From Gnetum montanum (lineage: Eukaryota > Plantae > Gnetophyta): DNA of 64,000 nt. The stretch is taken from positions 62,001 through 126,000 of the forward strand of contig MNCI01000181.1 of the NCBI GenBank assembly GCA_015680685.1, written 5' to 3'. Made by a program: the position numbers and the translations under genes. This document shows positions 15,201 through 26,881 of the stretch, piece by piece. Below the pieces are notes generated by a model. That model made no database searches. It saw only the letters and a list, made by a program, of their open reading frames with translations, and was not told the origin of the DNA. Numbering within the stretch: the first letter of the stretch is position 1; every line of letters begins with the position of its first letter.

Positions 15201-16222
15201 GCTTTTCTATCCTTGGTGTTCTAGCAATGATTCTAGCCTAGTGTCTTGTCTTGTAGTTATGGAAAAGAAACATTACTTTGAGTATGTATTTAATATTTTT
15301 GGTAGTTATTTAAACATTTCTACCTCATCCATTCTTACCCATGCACATCATAATTCAATAGTTGTGGTCATGTTTCTTAAGTATTCTCCAAGGGATTGTA
15401 TTTATCATTGTTCTCATGCATAATTTTTACAATGTTAGTATGATGTCTAGTGAAAAATCACTTAATTTTTAGTAGATCATAAAACTAATCATGTTGGAAC
15501 AATTGTGAACCAAGATTTTTCAATCAAGGACTAAGACTAAAAAATCTTAGGCCTATGTCTATAGAAAATTGTATGAACCTTTGGTTTCTTAGGAGGAAGA
15601 AGGAAAAGAACTTTGATAACCCAATTCAAAACTTGTAGATTCTATCCTAGAGCTTCCATGAACTACTCTTGAAAGGCTTCTACCTAAAAGTAGCTTAGGA
15701 GGTAGGAAATCATGTTCTTGATTCTTAAATCAAGCATGTGGGTAATAGCATATAAAAAAACAAGTACCAGAGAAGCTAACATAAGAGGATGATAAAGAAA
15801 AGGATGACATCCAAGAAGGTGCGGGTGCTCATGATATTTTCCAATGACCAATTAATAAGAAAAAGAACTATCATCAATTCCTTGAGCTTCGTCCTCTTGA
15901 GCTCAAGGAGTTGCTATAGTAGACAAGATTCTATGATTACATTATCCAATCCTTAACATGGTAATAGTATGAGGTAGGGGAGTTTTATCAAACCCTCATT
16001 ACTAATGGTGCCATGAACTTCATTGGTTGGGTTCCTATGCCTATTTCAACATGGGTAATCTCATGAGCCACAAAATTCCCAAAAAAAAAACAAATGAATA
16101 ACTAGTGCTCATGAAGACAGAAGACTAAGCCCAAGCTCAAGTCAAGGGTTATGCTAGAGACCCTTAACATGGATAAAGAAGAGGTGAAGATGTTTAAAAT
16201 TTTCCTAGTTTATAATGCCATG

Positions 16223-17818
16223 TGAAACACCATGAAAATTGTGAATCGGCCTAGGGCGAAGATTCACGATTTAGGCGAAAGTTTGCAACAGAAATCCAAA
16301 AGAAAGAACAAGGCAAAGAGGTGCGCAGCATATCAAGTCTCCAAGTTTCTTACAAATTCCAACCTTACTTTGTTTTCTCTCTTTACGCTTCACTACGCAA
16401 CATAGCATAATATCGCTCAGTGTAACTCTGCTTAATGTAGCCCGATATCATAAAGTAACTTGCTTCAGTGAATTTGACGAAGTTTAAGGTCTAAGCAATG
16501 TGATATACGACTTGTCGCATATTCCGCTAAGTCTTTTGTTCAGGGCTGAATTTATGCTCCATTACGCAGAGCAGCATAATGAGCTTCAAGGAAGTCAAAG
16601 TTAGAGTCCAAAGAAGCACGGAAGATTGATTTCTTCTTTTTTTGCAGATTGGTCGCTTTACGCTTATTACGCTACATAGCGTAAACAAGCGTAACTTGTT
16701 GTAAAGTTAATAATTTTATGCTCTATTATGCTTTGTGGCATAAATGAGCATAAAACAGCTTGAGTTAACTACTTCTATGCTCTATTACGCTCTGCCACAC
16801 TATGCAGCGTAAACAAGTGTAATACAGCGTAAGGCCAACTAAGGCAGTACCAGACATGCACCTGCTATCTATACACAGCAATACGGTTATCAGCGTATCA
16901 CAGCATAATCATGAGGCGGCCTCAGCAGGAGTGGTTGATAGCGTACTTTGCCCCTTTTCCCTAAAACATGATGCAACATGACCAGCTTCAACATAAAATT
17001 TGCCAAGTCAACAGTACTCTGAAAGTTCGAGACATGTGTCATAGGGGCCATGCATTCTCCACATGATGCCAAACTTATAAATACTCCAATTGGTGAAGAA
17101 AAAAGAGGGGCTTCCTCCTTTTTGGCAAAGACAGAAGACATTTTTTTAGCATTGGCAGCAGGAGTGATCAGTCTTTTGGCAAAATACAGTTCTCTCCATT
17201 GGCGATCATTAGCAGCTTTGAGCAAAGACTACTAAAGGCAAAAAAGAGCAGATCAGAGATTGAGAGATCATTTGGTATGATTGGCGAGGTTTATTGATCA
17301 GAAATAGTTGATCGATAGACATCCGAACTTAACCTTCCTTGCATTCCACCTTTGGCTTACGAGGTAGACCGAGCTTCATTCTGTACTCCTTTTTGAATAA
17401 TTTTCTTATTGTTTTATGTATGCTTCACACAAGATAAGCGGAGTTTGCTACTGGAACTTTGTATATAATATACTTAGTTCTCGAGTCAAAACATAGATCT
17501 TGGAATTGTGCATCTTTTCTAAATTGGATCTTCCTTGTTGCGTTGACATTGTCGTTATTTCAAATTATTTACATTGTTTTCTACTCCTTCTATGATTCAT
17601 CGAGTTAATTTATTTCGTGGAATATCTATATAATACGTATATTATCGTGATATTCATTAATTTACTGGTTAAGTAAGTCCCTGTCTGATCAACAAGACCA
17701 TTCAGGGCACCGCAGATTCGTTTTCTCCAACACGGCCCTTGCACAGATCCATGGTTAAGACTGTGTACACAGATTTTCGTTTGGTATTTTTCAGCGACTA
17801 ACATTTTCCATCGTTACA
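16223..17818 (+). repeat. 5' LTR of element A (1596 bp)
   Basis: TG...CA termini; direct repeat of 31980-33573 (about 9 substitutions plus a 2-bp indel in the first ~120 bp, mostly transitions); followed by PBS. Confidence 0.97.
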
Positions 17819-17824
17819 GTTTTC

Positions 17825-17841
17825 TGGTGCTAGAAGGAGGG
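17825..17841 (+). promoter_or_regulatory. Primer-binding site of A, complementary to the 3' end of tRNA-Asn(GUU)
   Basis: TGGTGCTAGAAGGAGGG 6 nt after the LTR; matches the reverse complement of the plant tRNA-Asn 3' end as I recall it (...CCCTCCTTCTAGCG-CCA) with one CpG-type C>T. Confidence 0.8.
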
Positions 17842-18066
17842 CTAAACATCTGATCCGTATTTTATGGGTACCCCTGTAAGCAATCCGTACCTGCATTCAT
17901 AAAACATAAATGTAATACCTCTAGGGAAGTTTACGAAATCATGTGGTGTAGATTGGTCACAGTAACGATTCCTTTGGAATCCTATAGGGTGAAAAGCCCA
18001 ATCATAATTTTGTTTGGCCATCGCCTTTTAAATCCTTTCATTTGTTGTCGTTGACCTATCTGAGAG

Positions 18067-21000
18067 ATGGATTCTACATATGCAACCACTACCGCTATGA
18101 TCACCATTGACTCGGGTGCCACATCCGTAAATCCCATCACCATTGCTGGATCAGCTTCTAATGCAATAGGACCTCAAAGACCATCGCGTTGTTCGTTGAG
18201 ATTACAGGGCAAGGATCCTTCACTCACCGTCTTGACTCCTAAAGAGTATAATTTCATCTGCGTCAATATCTAGGCAAAGCTTGCCCTTAGTCGGGCTGAG
18301 ATGGAAGCAAAATGAAATTACGAGCTAATCCACAGAGGGGGTCAAGACTTCAACCCTACTACGTATGACATTATCCCCTTAATTGATCATTATCATGAAC
18401 TCCTGTCCCAACTGGTTATGGCTAGGAATCAGACTGCATGGTCTATTCTAGAACCTCAAAATGAGGAGGAGGAGGAAGATGAATTCACAGCTCAATCTGA
18501 ACGCATAGATTCATACCATACCCTCAGCCCCCATACATATGTGAATCCCCTGTTTAATCCTCTCACCGGAGAAGCTACCCATCTCAACCCAATCATGACC
18601 ACCCAAACACATATTCCCACCGTCCCGTAGGCCAGCACGCAATCCTCAATCTTGCAGGTACAAATGCCATCTCAAAATAACATGGGAGTAATCTCCTCAC
18701 CGCATGTAATCAGTATTTTGTCAGTGATACCTACGTCTACCACACCCCATTTCATTCCCCAAGTGCAAGTCCATACCACGCCTATAACCCGCCCAGTGCA
18801 AAATCCGGTGCAAACTTTATCGTCACAGCCCATTGCAAGGCAATAGATCATAACCACCATTCAATCGTAGTGATCTGTTCAACAACCCATGGCTAGTCAA
18901 TGGATCATGCCTATTGCACAACATAATTAATCTGCATTATACGGTGCACAACCCTTAGCCACATCTACCATGCATGTCCCGTAGGTAACTGCACAATATC
19001 CTTACACCTTCCATCCTACCCAACTGACGATGGCCAATTTCTCCGCACAGCCTGTCAGGTGGTGGTTTTAATAGGCAGCTCCGTCTGCGGGGATAGTCCC
19101 CGTAGCACCACCTATCAGCCAAGCCATCGCTCCCTTTCCATTGCCTGACACCGCTCTATCAGTCCAACCGCCTGCTCCTCTAGTGCCAACTTCGTCATCA
19201 ACAGGTCTGGATCAAGCTTTTTTGCTTATCCAGACCCTCACCAAGGAAGTTAAGCACCTTAAAGCTACTGGCTCTGATACGATACAGGTCATGGATTTCT
19301 ACCATGATGATCCCATCAGCCCAGTAGTTCCCATGTTGTCGCTGCCTCCAAGGATGTCGTTGCCCCATTTTACTAAATATAATGGGGAAGGAGATCCTAA
19401 TGCTCATCTTGTTACCTTTAGGTCTGAATCCTTGTTACTACAACAATGGCCCCATACGATTATCCGTGTCTTTGCAATGTCTCTGGTAGGTAAAGCCTTG
19501 GACTGGTATCGAGCACTCCCTCACTCTTCCATCTCAACCTTGGAAGAGCTCCTAACACAATTTGTGACTTGCTTTAAATACAATTTAAAGCCGGAAGTCA
19601 TGTTAGACCAACTTATGGGAGTGAAACAAGACCCGCTTGAGCCAGTCCAGAAGTTTATACAGCGATGGAGCGCTACTCTGAATGAAATCCGCGAGCCTAT
19701 CACAGAAGCCCATCTGCTGGCTATTTTCAAAGGAGCAGTTAATAACTTCATCAAGTCTAAACTATACTACCTTTCCCCTCACTCCTTGTGTTAAACTTTC
19801 ACGCAAACTAAGAGCATCTAAGATGCTGCTAAGGCTAGCAAAGACCCAGTGTATGTGGCCTATAAAAATGTCAACAATAAGGGTAAAGACAAAGGTAAAG
19901 CAACAACGACGACAGTATCTACACTGGCCGAGGACGCTAAAAACAAGAATAACAAGAAGGCACCCATAGCACCTGCCAAGACCATGGCCAGTGCAAGCAG
20001 CACCAGCCAAGATGCACTTGCCCCTGAAAAGCCCCTACAGTCAAAACCAAACTTCGAGCGTAAGGCTCTTTCAAAATATACAGCCCTGCCTATAAAGCAT
20101 TCAGAATTTCTGAAGTAATTATTAGGAGCAAGGTATATTCAGAACAAAAAAATATCTGAAGAAGCTCTGCAACGTCACAGGCATCATTGTAAATTGCTAA
20201 AGAATCCTTCTTTAGCTCTACCTAACGAACCACTAGTCCCTAAGTCTTTTAGGCTAGACCGTTTTTGTGACTACCACCAGTTGTGTGGTCATGACACCGA
20301 TTACTGCTAGGCGTTGAAGGACAATATTCAATGCATGATTGATGATGGTTCTTTGAAATTAGATGACAGTAGTCCAACACGTCCCGAAAACTAGGTGATG
20401 CATGTGTAGAAAGACTCGTTAAACGCAAATAACGTAGCGTACACCATCAATGTGGGAAATACAGACAGTGAAGGGAAGGTACCGCCTAAGCAACCCTTTG
20501 TGTTACGTGTACCTACCAGTTCACCCCAGGGGGTAAGTTCTTCACTGGCAGTTAGCAGCGCCTCGAGGCCACCCTTTGTTATTCGGATGCCCTCTCAAGT
20601 TATGACTCAGTCTTACGTTAACAATAAAGTCGCGGCCATGCCCGCGCCTACTCCTAAGGAGCCTTTTATCCTTACGACACAAAACCACCAGCCGTCCCTT
20701 TTACACAGGGGAAAATCTCTAACAAAAATCATCAAACACCATCCAACAAAAAAAGGGAAGGAGATGCGTCAATGAACGCCACCAAAAACCACTCTACGCT
20801 AGGCTTTGCTAAGCCCAGGCCCCTAGCTTCTATACCTTCACCTGCACCTTATGGGAAAGACAAGGGTATAGAAACACAACCACCTCCCCTTGGCAGGAAG
20901 AAATACAACCCTCTGACTAACGCTATTCCACCTTGGAAAATTCGTCTCTTAGGGCAAATGGAGGAAGATAGAGGAGATAAGCAACCCAGCCGAGAACGGG

Positions 21001-21896
21001 ACCTCCTCAATGCATTTACACAAGTCAAGCAGGCTCTAAAATAGAATAACATGACATTGAGCCTCTATGACTTGTTGATGATGTCTTAAAAGCATCATGA
21101 GGCTATGGTCCATATGCTGACATCCATACCTGTGGATGAAGGCTTACCAGCGAAGGAGGAAGCAATACATGCTATCATGTTTCCCCCCACCGCTAAGCAA
21201 CCCAAACCTACCCCATTGACCTTTCACGATGAATCCATCAAAGATGATCCTAAGAAAGGTCAAGTGACGATAGAACCCATGTTCATCATCATCCAGGTTG
21301 GTCAACATCAGATCTGGAGGGTGCACGTTGACGATGGCGTCGCGACGAATGTCATCCCTTATCCTATAGTGGATAAGTTGGGTCTGGTCGATCAGATCAG
21401 TCCTACAACAACATCATGCCTAAAGTCGTTCAACGGGGCATGAGTTCAAGTCAAAGGGACGGTACATATTGATTTTGTGGCAGGAGACCAGTTCCCAATA
21501 GACACCACATTTATCATTGTTGAGGAGATGCCCGGTTTCAACCTAATTCTAGGGAGGTCCTGGCGAGCCCAATTGAGGGCAGTTTCGTCACCGATACACC
21601 AAGAGATACACCTACCTTATGTAGAGGGAGAGGTAGTAATACACGATGATGAAATAACTCCTAGAACTGTGAATAACATCGAGGAAGAACAGGGTTCGAA
21701 GATCGAAATGCCTGAAGATCAAACCCATGTCCAAACTCCCGAACAAGTCAAAATGAATAATGATAACCTAGCCTGGGCTGACCTACCATTTCAGGGAGAA
21801 GAGGATGATGTGGAGGAGTCAAGCCATAAATCTCCTCACCCTTATGCACCACTCAACGTGAAAGCCATCAAGAAACATTTATGGACTAGCGATTGA
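18067..21896 (+). pseudogene. gag: gag-protease of element A (stops and frameshifts)
   Basis: Retrotrans_gag core 'KYNGEGDPNAHL...FAMSLVGKALDWY' (19141-19794); Tat-type 'FCDYHQLCGHDTDYC' at ~20262-20306; protease 'VHVDDGVATNVI' (~21320) and 'FNLILGRSW' (~21540). Confidence 0.93.
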
Positions 21897-22451
21897 CTTG
21901 CGTGGTATTTACGCGCATCGTTACATTTTCACTAGTTTTCCCATCTATGCGTATCAAATTTGACTGTTAGTTTTCTTTAATATACATATATTTACATTTT
22001 CTATCCATTATGCCATTTACATTTCCTAGTTTACACCATTTACACTTCTTGACTCCTATTAGTTATATTAGTACAATTACGCAAATATGTACACTTTTAT
22101 CAATTACATTCTGCGACGTATGCAAATGGCCTACAATGACCTAAAACTAGTAAAGGCTCGCAATGGCCTAAAACTAGCAAATTCGTTTATATCTTACGCA
22201 AATCTATGTGATGCCTACAATGGCCTTAAACTAGCAACTCCATTCTACTGTCATAATAATGCCACCTATTCAAAATATTTGACGATTCTATTTACGCTTT
22301 ATATAAATAAAGACATAAAATTAAAAACCATAAATAAAATCTCATGACTAATCATGCCAAGATTCATATTGCCATTGTTCAACCTCATAAATAAAATTGT
22401 GCATAAATCATAATTACACATCCCCTCTAGTACCACTATCCCCCGTATCCC

Positions 22452-25400
22452 TTAACTCTGCCTCTAAGCCTAACAAATTGTCTTCGAATGGTCCCTTTTA
22501 GGAAGTATTCCTTCATGAGGAATGTCATCTTCACAGGGTTCTTCCACTAACACTTTCTCCCCAAGGGGACGGTCTGCATTATTATGCTCTCCTTCCTGAA
22601 CGTGCTCCTCATCCTATCCACCTTCTTCATCCATTCCTTGTACCTACATACAACAAGTACATAAGTAAAAGCCATGATAGGACAAGTTAGAAAATTTAAA
22701 TTCAATAACGCTCAAACTTACTCGCGATGGTCCTGCATCTGCAACAAAGGGGAGTTGATCTAAACTGACCCACAGGTGTTGCATAATCTCATCTTTGGTC
22801 AACTCAGACCAAACTCTGTTCCCCAGATTAGTTCCAGCCTTCACCTTCCCTTTCTCCACGCTAGTCCATCGGGGTGGTTCGGGGAAGAAGGTAGGGACTG
22901 TAGTCTCTTCCCCAAGAAGAGTAATTTCTCTTTTCAGGGATGCACTTACTGTCACCTGCTCTTGGAACTTCTCGAAGGCCTTAGATGCACCAATGACATC
23001 AAGGAACAATCTCAAGGATTGAGCTTCAACAGCAGAATTTTGATAATGCTGACGATAAGCGATAATTTCTCACTTATACAGATGCTTATGATCTTTCTGC
23101 TTTTGCCCCCACTCTTGGACACTTGCACAAAAGTCCTTCTAGTCTTGATTCTTCTGGACCAAGAGCTCTATTTGCATCCTTTTCTCCACCAATTCACGAC
23201 TAGTTTGTACGCTATTTTTGACTTCGGTCCAGTAGCGGGTGTAGTCAATGACAGCTATCCACCAATCTTCTTCACTTATTCCTCAAGCTTGCAGGAATTC
23301 ACATCATGATCTTAAGTCTCCGACCTCTTTGGTCAGAGACATCCTTTCCTTCTCTGATCTCTGCAGCTTCTTCCAGAGGTCTTCATTGACATTTTGACTC
23401 TCCCACAAGGAGTGGGTCGAGCGTAACACACATTTACGCATTTCTTCATAAATGTTGCGTGGCATGACAGTTCCTTCTGATGAAGGCTCGATGGTGTCCA
23501 GGTCAATGGGCTCCGTAGAGTCCCATCGAAGGTGAGCTCCTGATGACAAATATTAGATCAAACATAAATAAATATTTTAACCTTATAATAAAATAAGCAT
23601 ACTATAGCCGTAACATACCAGCCCCTGGATCGACACGCTATAGGCACTCGATCATATCACCGACGATGCCTTTCATAAAGGTAAATTTATTGGGGAATCC
23701 CCTCCACACTCTACTTACAACGGCAGATGGGGATGCACCTCGTTCATCTGTAGCATAATTAAGTTAAAATTTTTGGTTAATAATAGAATTCCTTAAAAAT
23801 TTTAATAGACTGATTACCCCTGCCTGTCCCAGTTGGAAGTGAATCCATGTTCTCCACCTCCACTCTCTCCTCGCGCACAAGGGTCTGTGCGTCACTCACT
23901 CTAATAGCCGGGGCCTTCTCTTCCAAAACTGGGGCCCCTTCCCTATGCCGTAATACCACTGCCTCTATTTTAGGGGTCAACTGCTCTATAGGTCTCCCTA
24001 TTTATGCCATATAATGCACTCAAATAATTAAAAATACCTTGAATAAGTTACATAATACAACAATTATCATAACTTTTACTATATCCTTGTGCTTACTAGG
24101 TGGAGGTTTACTCTACTGAAACTTGACTTGTACAATTCTGCCCGTGCCACCTGTTGGCTCCACAGGCGCCTCAGTTAAATGAGGCCTTTTATGCTGAACT
24201 AAGGTGTCTACTATTTCTGCTGCTAGGTTCTTTCCCCGTGATGCATCACCAGTGTAAGAGGAAAGCGCCCCACCTACGTTGTCAAGGCCTCGCGTTTGAG
24301 GTGCTGCCACATCCCTAGTCATTATAGAAAGCGACTCCCCAATTCCCTTCAGAGGATCCTGTGATCGGGTAGTGTCGAAGAGGTGGGAGATCTAGGGTTT
24401 GGATAACTAGTCTCAGTCTTGTTGCACCCAGACCCCATTCCTCTGGACCACCAAAAATTCAGCAAAACATCGGAGGCAAGCTATGAAGAAGGTGAAGTGC
24501 ACACTGAAACGGGACTTGAGCTTTTGGCGGAGCCTGATCATCTCAGTGCATAACCCCTCAGCAAAATAACTTGCCCAGTCGAATTAGGTCCCTTCCTCAA
24601 TCACCTCTCGCATGATACGGGCTTGTTCTATAGTAAAGAACTTCCCCTGCGAGAGTGTTCTAGGGAAAGCCCAGGCTCGGAAGAGGGGACAAATGGTCTT
24701 GGCAACCTCTAACTCGATCTTTTCACAAGGAATCCCCTTTATGTCCTTCTTAGTCCCTAACCACTCCTCCAGCTCTTCCTGATATTTGACACTTCTCCTC
24801 AATTTTTCCTCTACGGAAAGACCATCAGAGGGGATGCAAAAAAGTCAGTAAATAGCTAAGCATCAATATCAAAATGTACACGCACGTTACGCATGCATGT
24901 GCAAAAACGTTCAGCCCCCTCACTGAAGGAGTTAACCAGGGTTAACATTTCGCTTGCGGGAACATCGAGAGTTGTAGCTAGAAACAAATGCATCAGCCTC
25001 GCCTCCTGTAGCTTAGTAACCAACGCAACTAGGGCTGCCATGTGGCCGAGCTAGCATTGTGCTTTCTTTATGTCACCATAATGGAAGAGGAGGGTGTTCG
25101 CCTCGCAGCCAGAAATCATGATGGTAATCTCCCAGGATTCCTTAACTAATAACACAAGACACAAGTCAAGATAGTGAAAACACTGTTATGCAACATTTCA
25201 AAAAAAATAATATCCTGTAACTAATTGTAGCAACGAAACCTTACCAGGTCCAAATGGAAAAGGAAATGGAGGAAGCTTCCTTTGCACATCCGCGAGAGTG
25301 AGGGGTGGGTTCAAAGTCCATTCCTCATGTAACCACCTGAGGTTCTGACAACTCTTGAAGGAATTGGCATAACAGGTAGGATACTCAAGAATTTCGAAGG

Positions 25401-25863
25401 CCATTTGCCCCATGACACCGGCGCGTACATTGCTAGTGGATGTAAACTCATTTATCACCCTTTCGGTCCAGGATAATGTATCATTATTGCCCAATAACCC
25501 ATTTTTGTTGATGAAGAACCTATATCATATAGCACATTACTATCATACACTCTACAAGTTCAGACATTAGAAAACATATTAACAACACTGCGAGTAAAAC
25601 GACTTACCCACCTGAATAATACACCATGCCCGGTGGATTATGAAAGTAGGTTGAGACATGACGGGCTACGAACAAAGTATTTTACACATGAAAACAGCTA
25701 AATCTGGGCATCTCCCAGATCCAACTTAAATGCCTCAATCCTCTGGCACTGAGTTCGCGGTCTTGTTGTCGACCAGTATCAATAGCCCCATCTATCAGGA
25801 AAGCCAGGATGCCCTATGTAGAACCGACTAACAAATGTTCCAAAATAGCTCCAGCCACATCAC
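22452..25863 (-). pseudogene. Antisense multi-exon accessory gene of element A (unknown protein, ~950-1000 codons; central domain, coiled-coil region, acidic tail)
   Basis: Minus-strand ORF fragments join in frame across GT-AG introns at (plus coordinates) 25520-25607, 25146-25244, 23998-24096, 23748-23817, 23540-23618 and 22644-22721; one frameshift in the A-run near 24840; internal stops are CAA/CAG/CGA-type deamination products; further acceptor at 25864-25865; possible first exon 26291-26409 (ATG at 26409). Confidence 0.85.
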
Positions 25864-26881
25864 CTAACAAATGCAACCAAAAAATGATACTGTAGTTACG
25901 CAACAAAAACTGCAAAAACTCCAGTGCACCCTTTCGGAACCATATACCCTTCCCCTGCAAACGAGTCTAAGGGGGAGGAACATTGGCTGCGAGAGGGTTT
26001 ATACAACATAAAACCCTGACTATGTCCAAAATGATTAGGACATGCTTAGGAAAACTATAGGAAAAATTACAAATTACGCTTTAGCCATATAGCCAAAATT
26101 GCTTAAACCCTTGCAATAGTAAAAGGTTTGTCTCAAACAATGGCGATAGACGCAATACTGCTATCTAAACCCATGTTTTAATACAAGATCTACATCTTAA
26201 AACTCTAGTTTACGCAGATGATGCAGAAGAATAAACACAAGAAAAAAGCATATCACCGAAAGCAATACGAGTAAGTAAGGGATGGCCTACCTATTCAGGG
26301 GAGTGACATCTCTTACTTCGACCAACGCCTACGAAGCACGCTGCAGACTCCCTTGTACTTCGTCGATTTTTTCCAATTTGGCATTCTTTCCTCTCACTTT
26401 CAGCACCATAGTTACAGTCCTAAAAACCTTCACAAATAATGCACTACTATCTTTTGCTCTTTCTCCCTCTCTCTGCGACAGCTAAATTTGAATTTGCAAT
26501 AGCCAACAGCCTGTTTTCGATAAGAACTACCTACTTATATGCAAAACTAACCGACTTGAAGCCCGATTAAAGCGGGACTTGCCCAAACACTGGTGTCAAC
26601 ATAAGCTGTAACCCGAAGATCAGGGCATTAATGTGGCAAATATTGAATGCATTACGGTCTGAAATGACCTTAAACTACTGCACCTTATCACTTCGTAATC
26701 GGGTCACATTAATTACAGGCTGTTCACGGTATTCAAAATTTAGTTAGCTCTTCACGCTCGGCAATGTCATGCCATACCTTTTTCAAACTACACCAAGCAT
26801 CATACATTAATACTGGTGGCATCTAACTTAGCATTTTCCTAACCACTTTCATATTTGGAAATTTTACAAGACAGTTGGCAA

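Noticed and set aside
16890-17225. Duplicated ORFs 16890-17225 and 32644-33018 (also 1080-1313 and 53700-53933) that look like conserved small genes
   Set aside because: Each pair lies inside homologous LTRs; the similarity reflects LTR duplication and the peptides have no recognisable domain
22776-23309. 177-aa plus-strand ORF in the A spacer
   Set aside because: Opposite-strand shadow of the coiled-coil exon of the antisense gene; the homology to C and the splice sites are on the minus strand
25864-26409. Exact 5' exon structure of the antisense gene (exon 26291-26409, possible micro-exon near 25950-25986)
   Set aside because: I could not make the splice phases agree with the acceptor at 25864, so it is left as a candidate only
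21897-26881. Spacer interpreted as a nested DNA transposon or captured host gene
   Set aside because: I saw no terminal inverted repeats, TSD or transposase motifs, and a homolog occupies the same position and orientation in diverged element C
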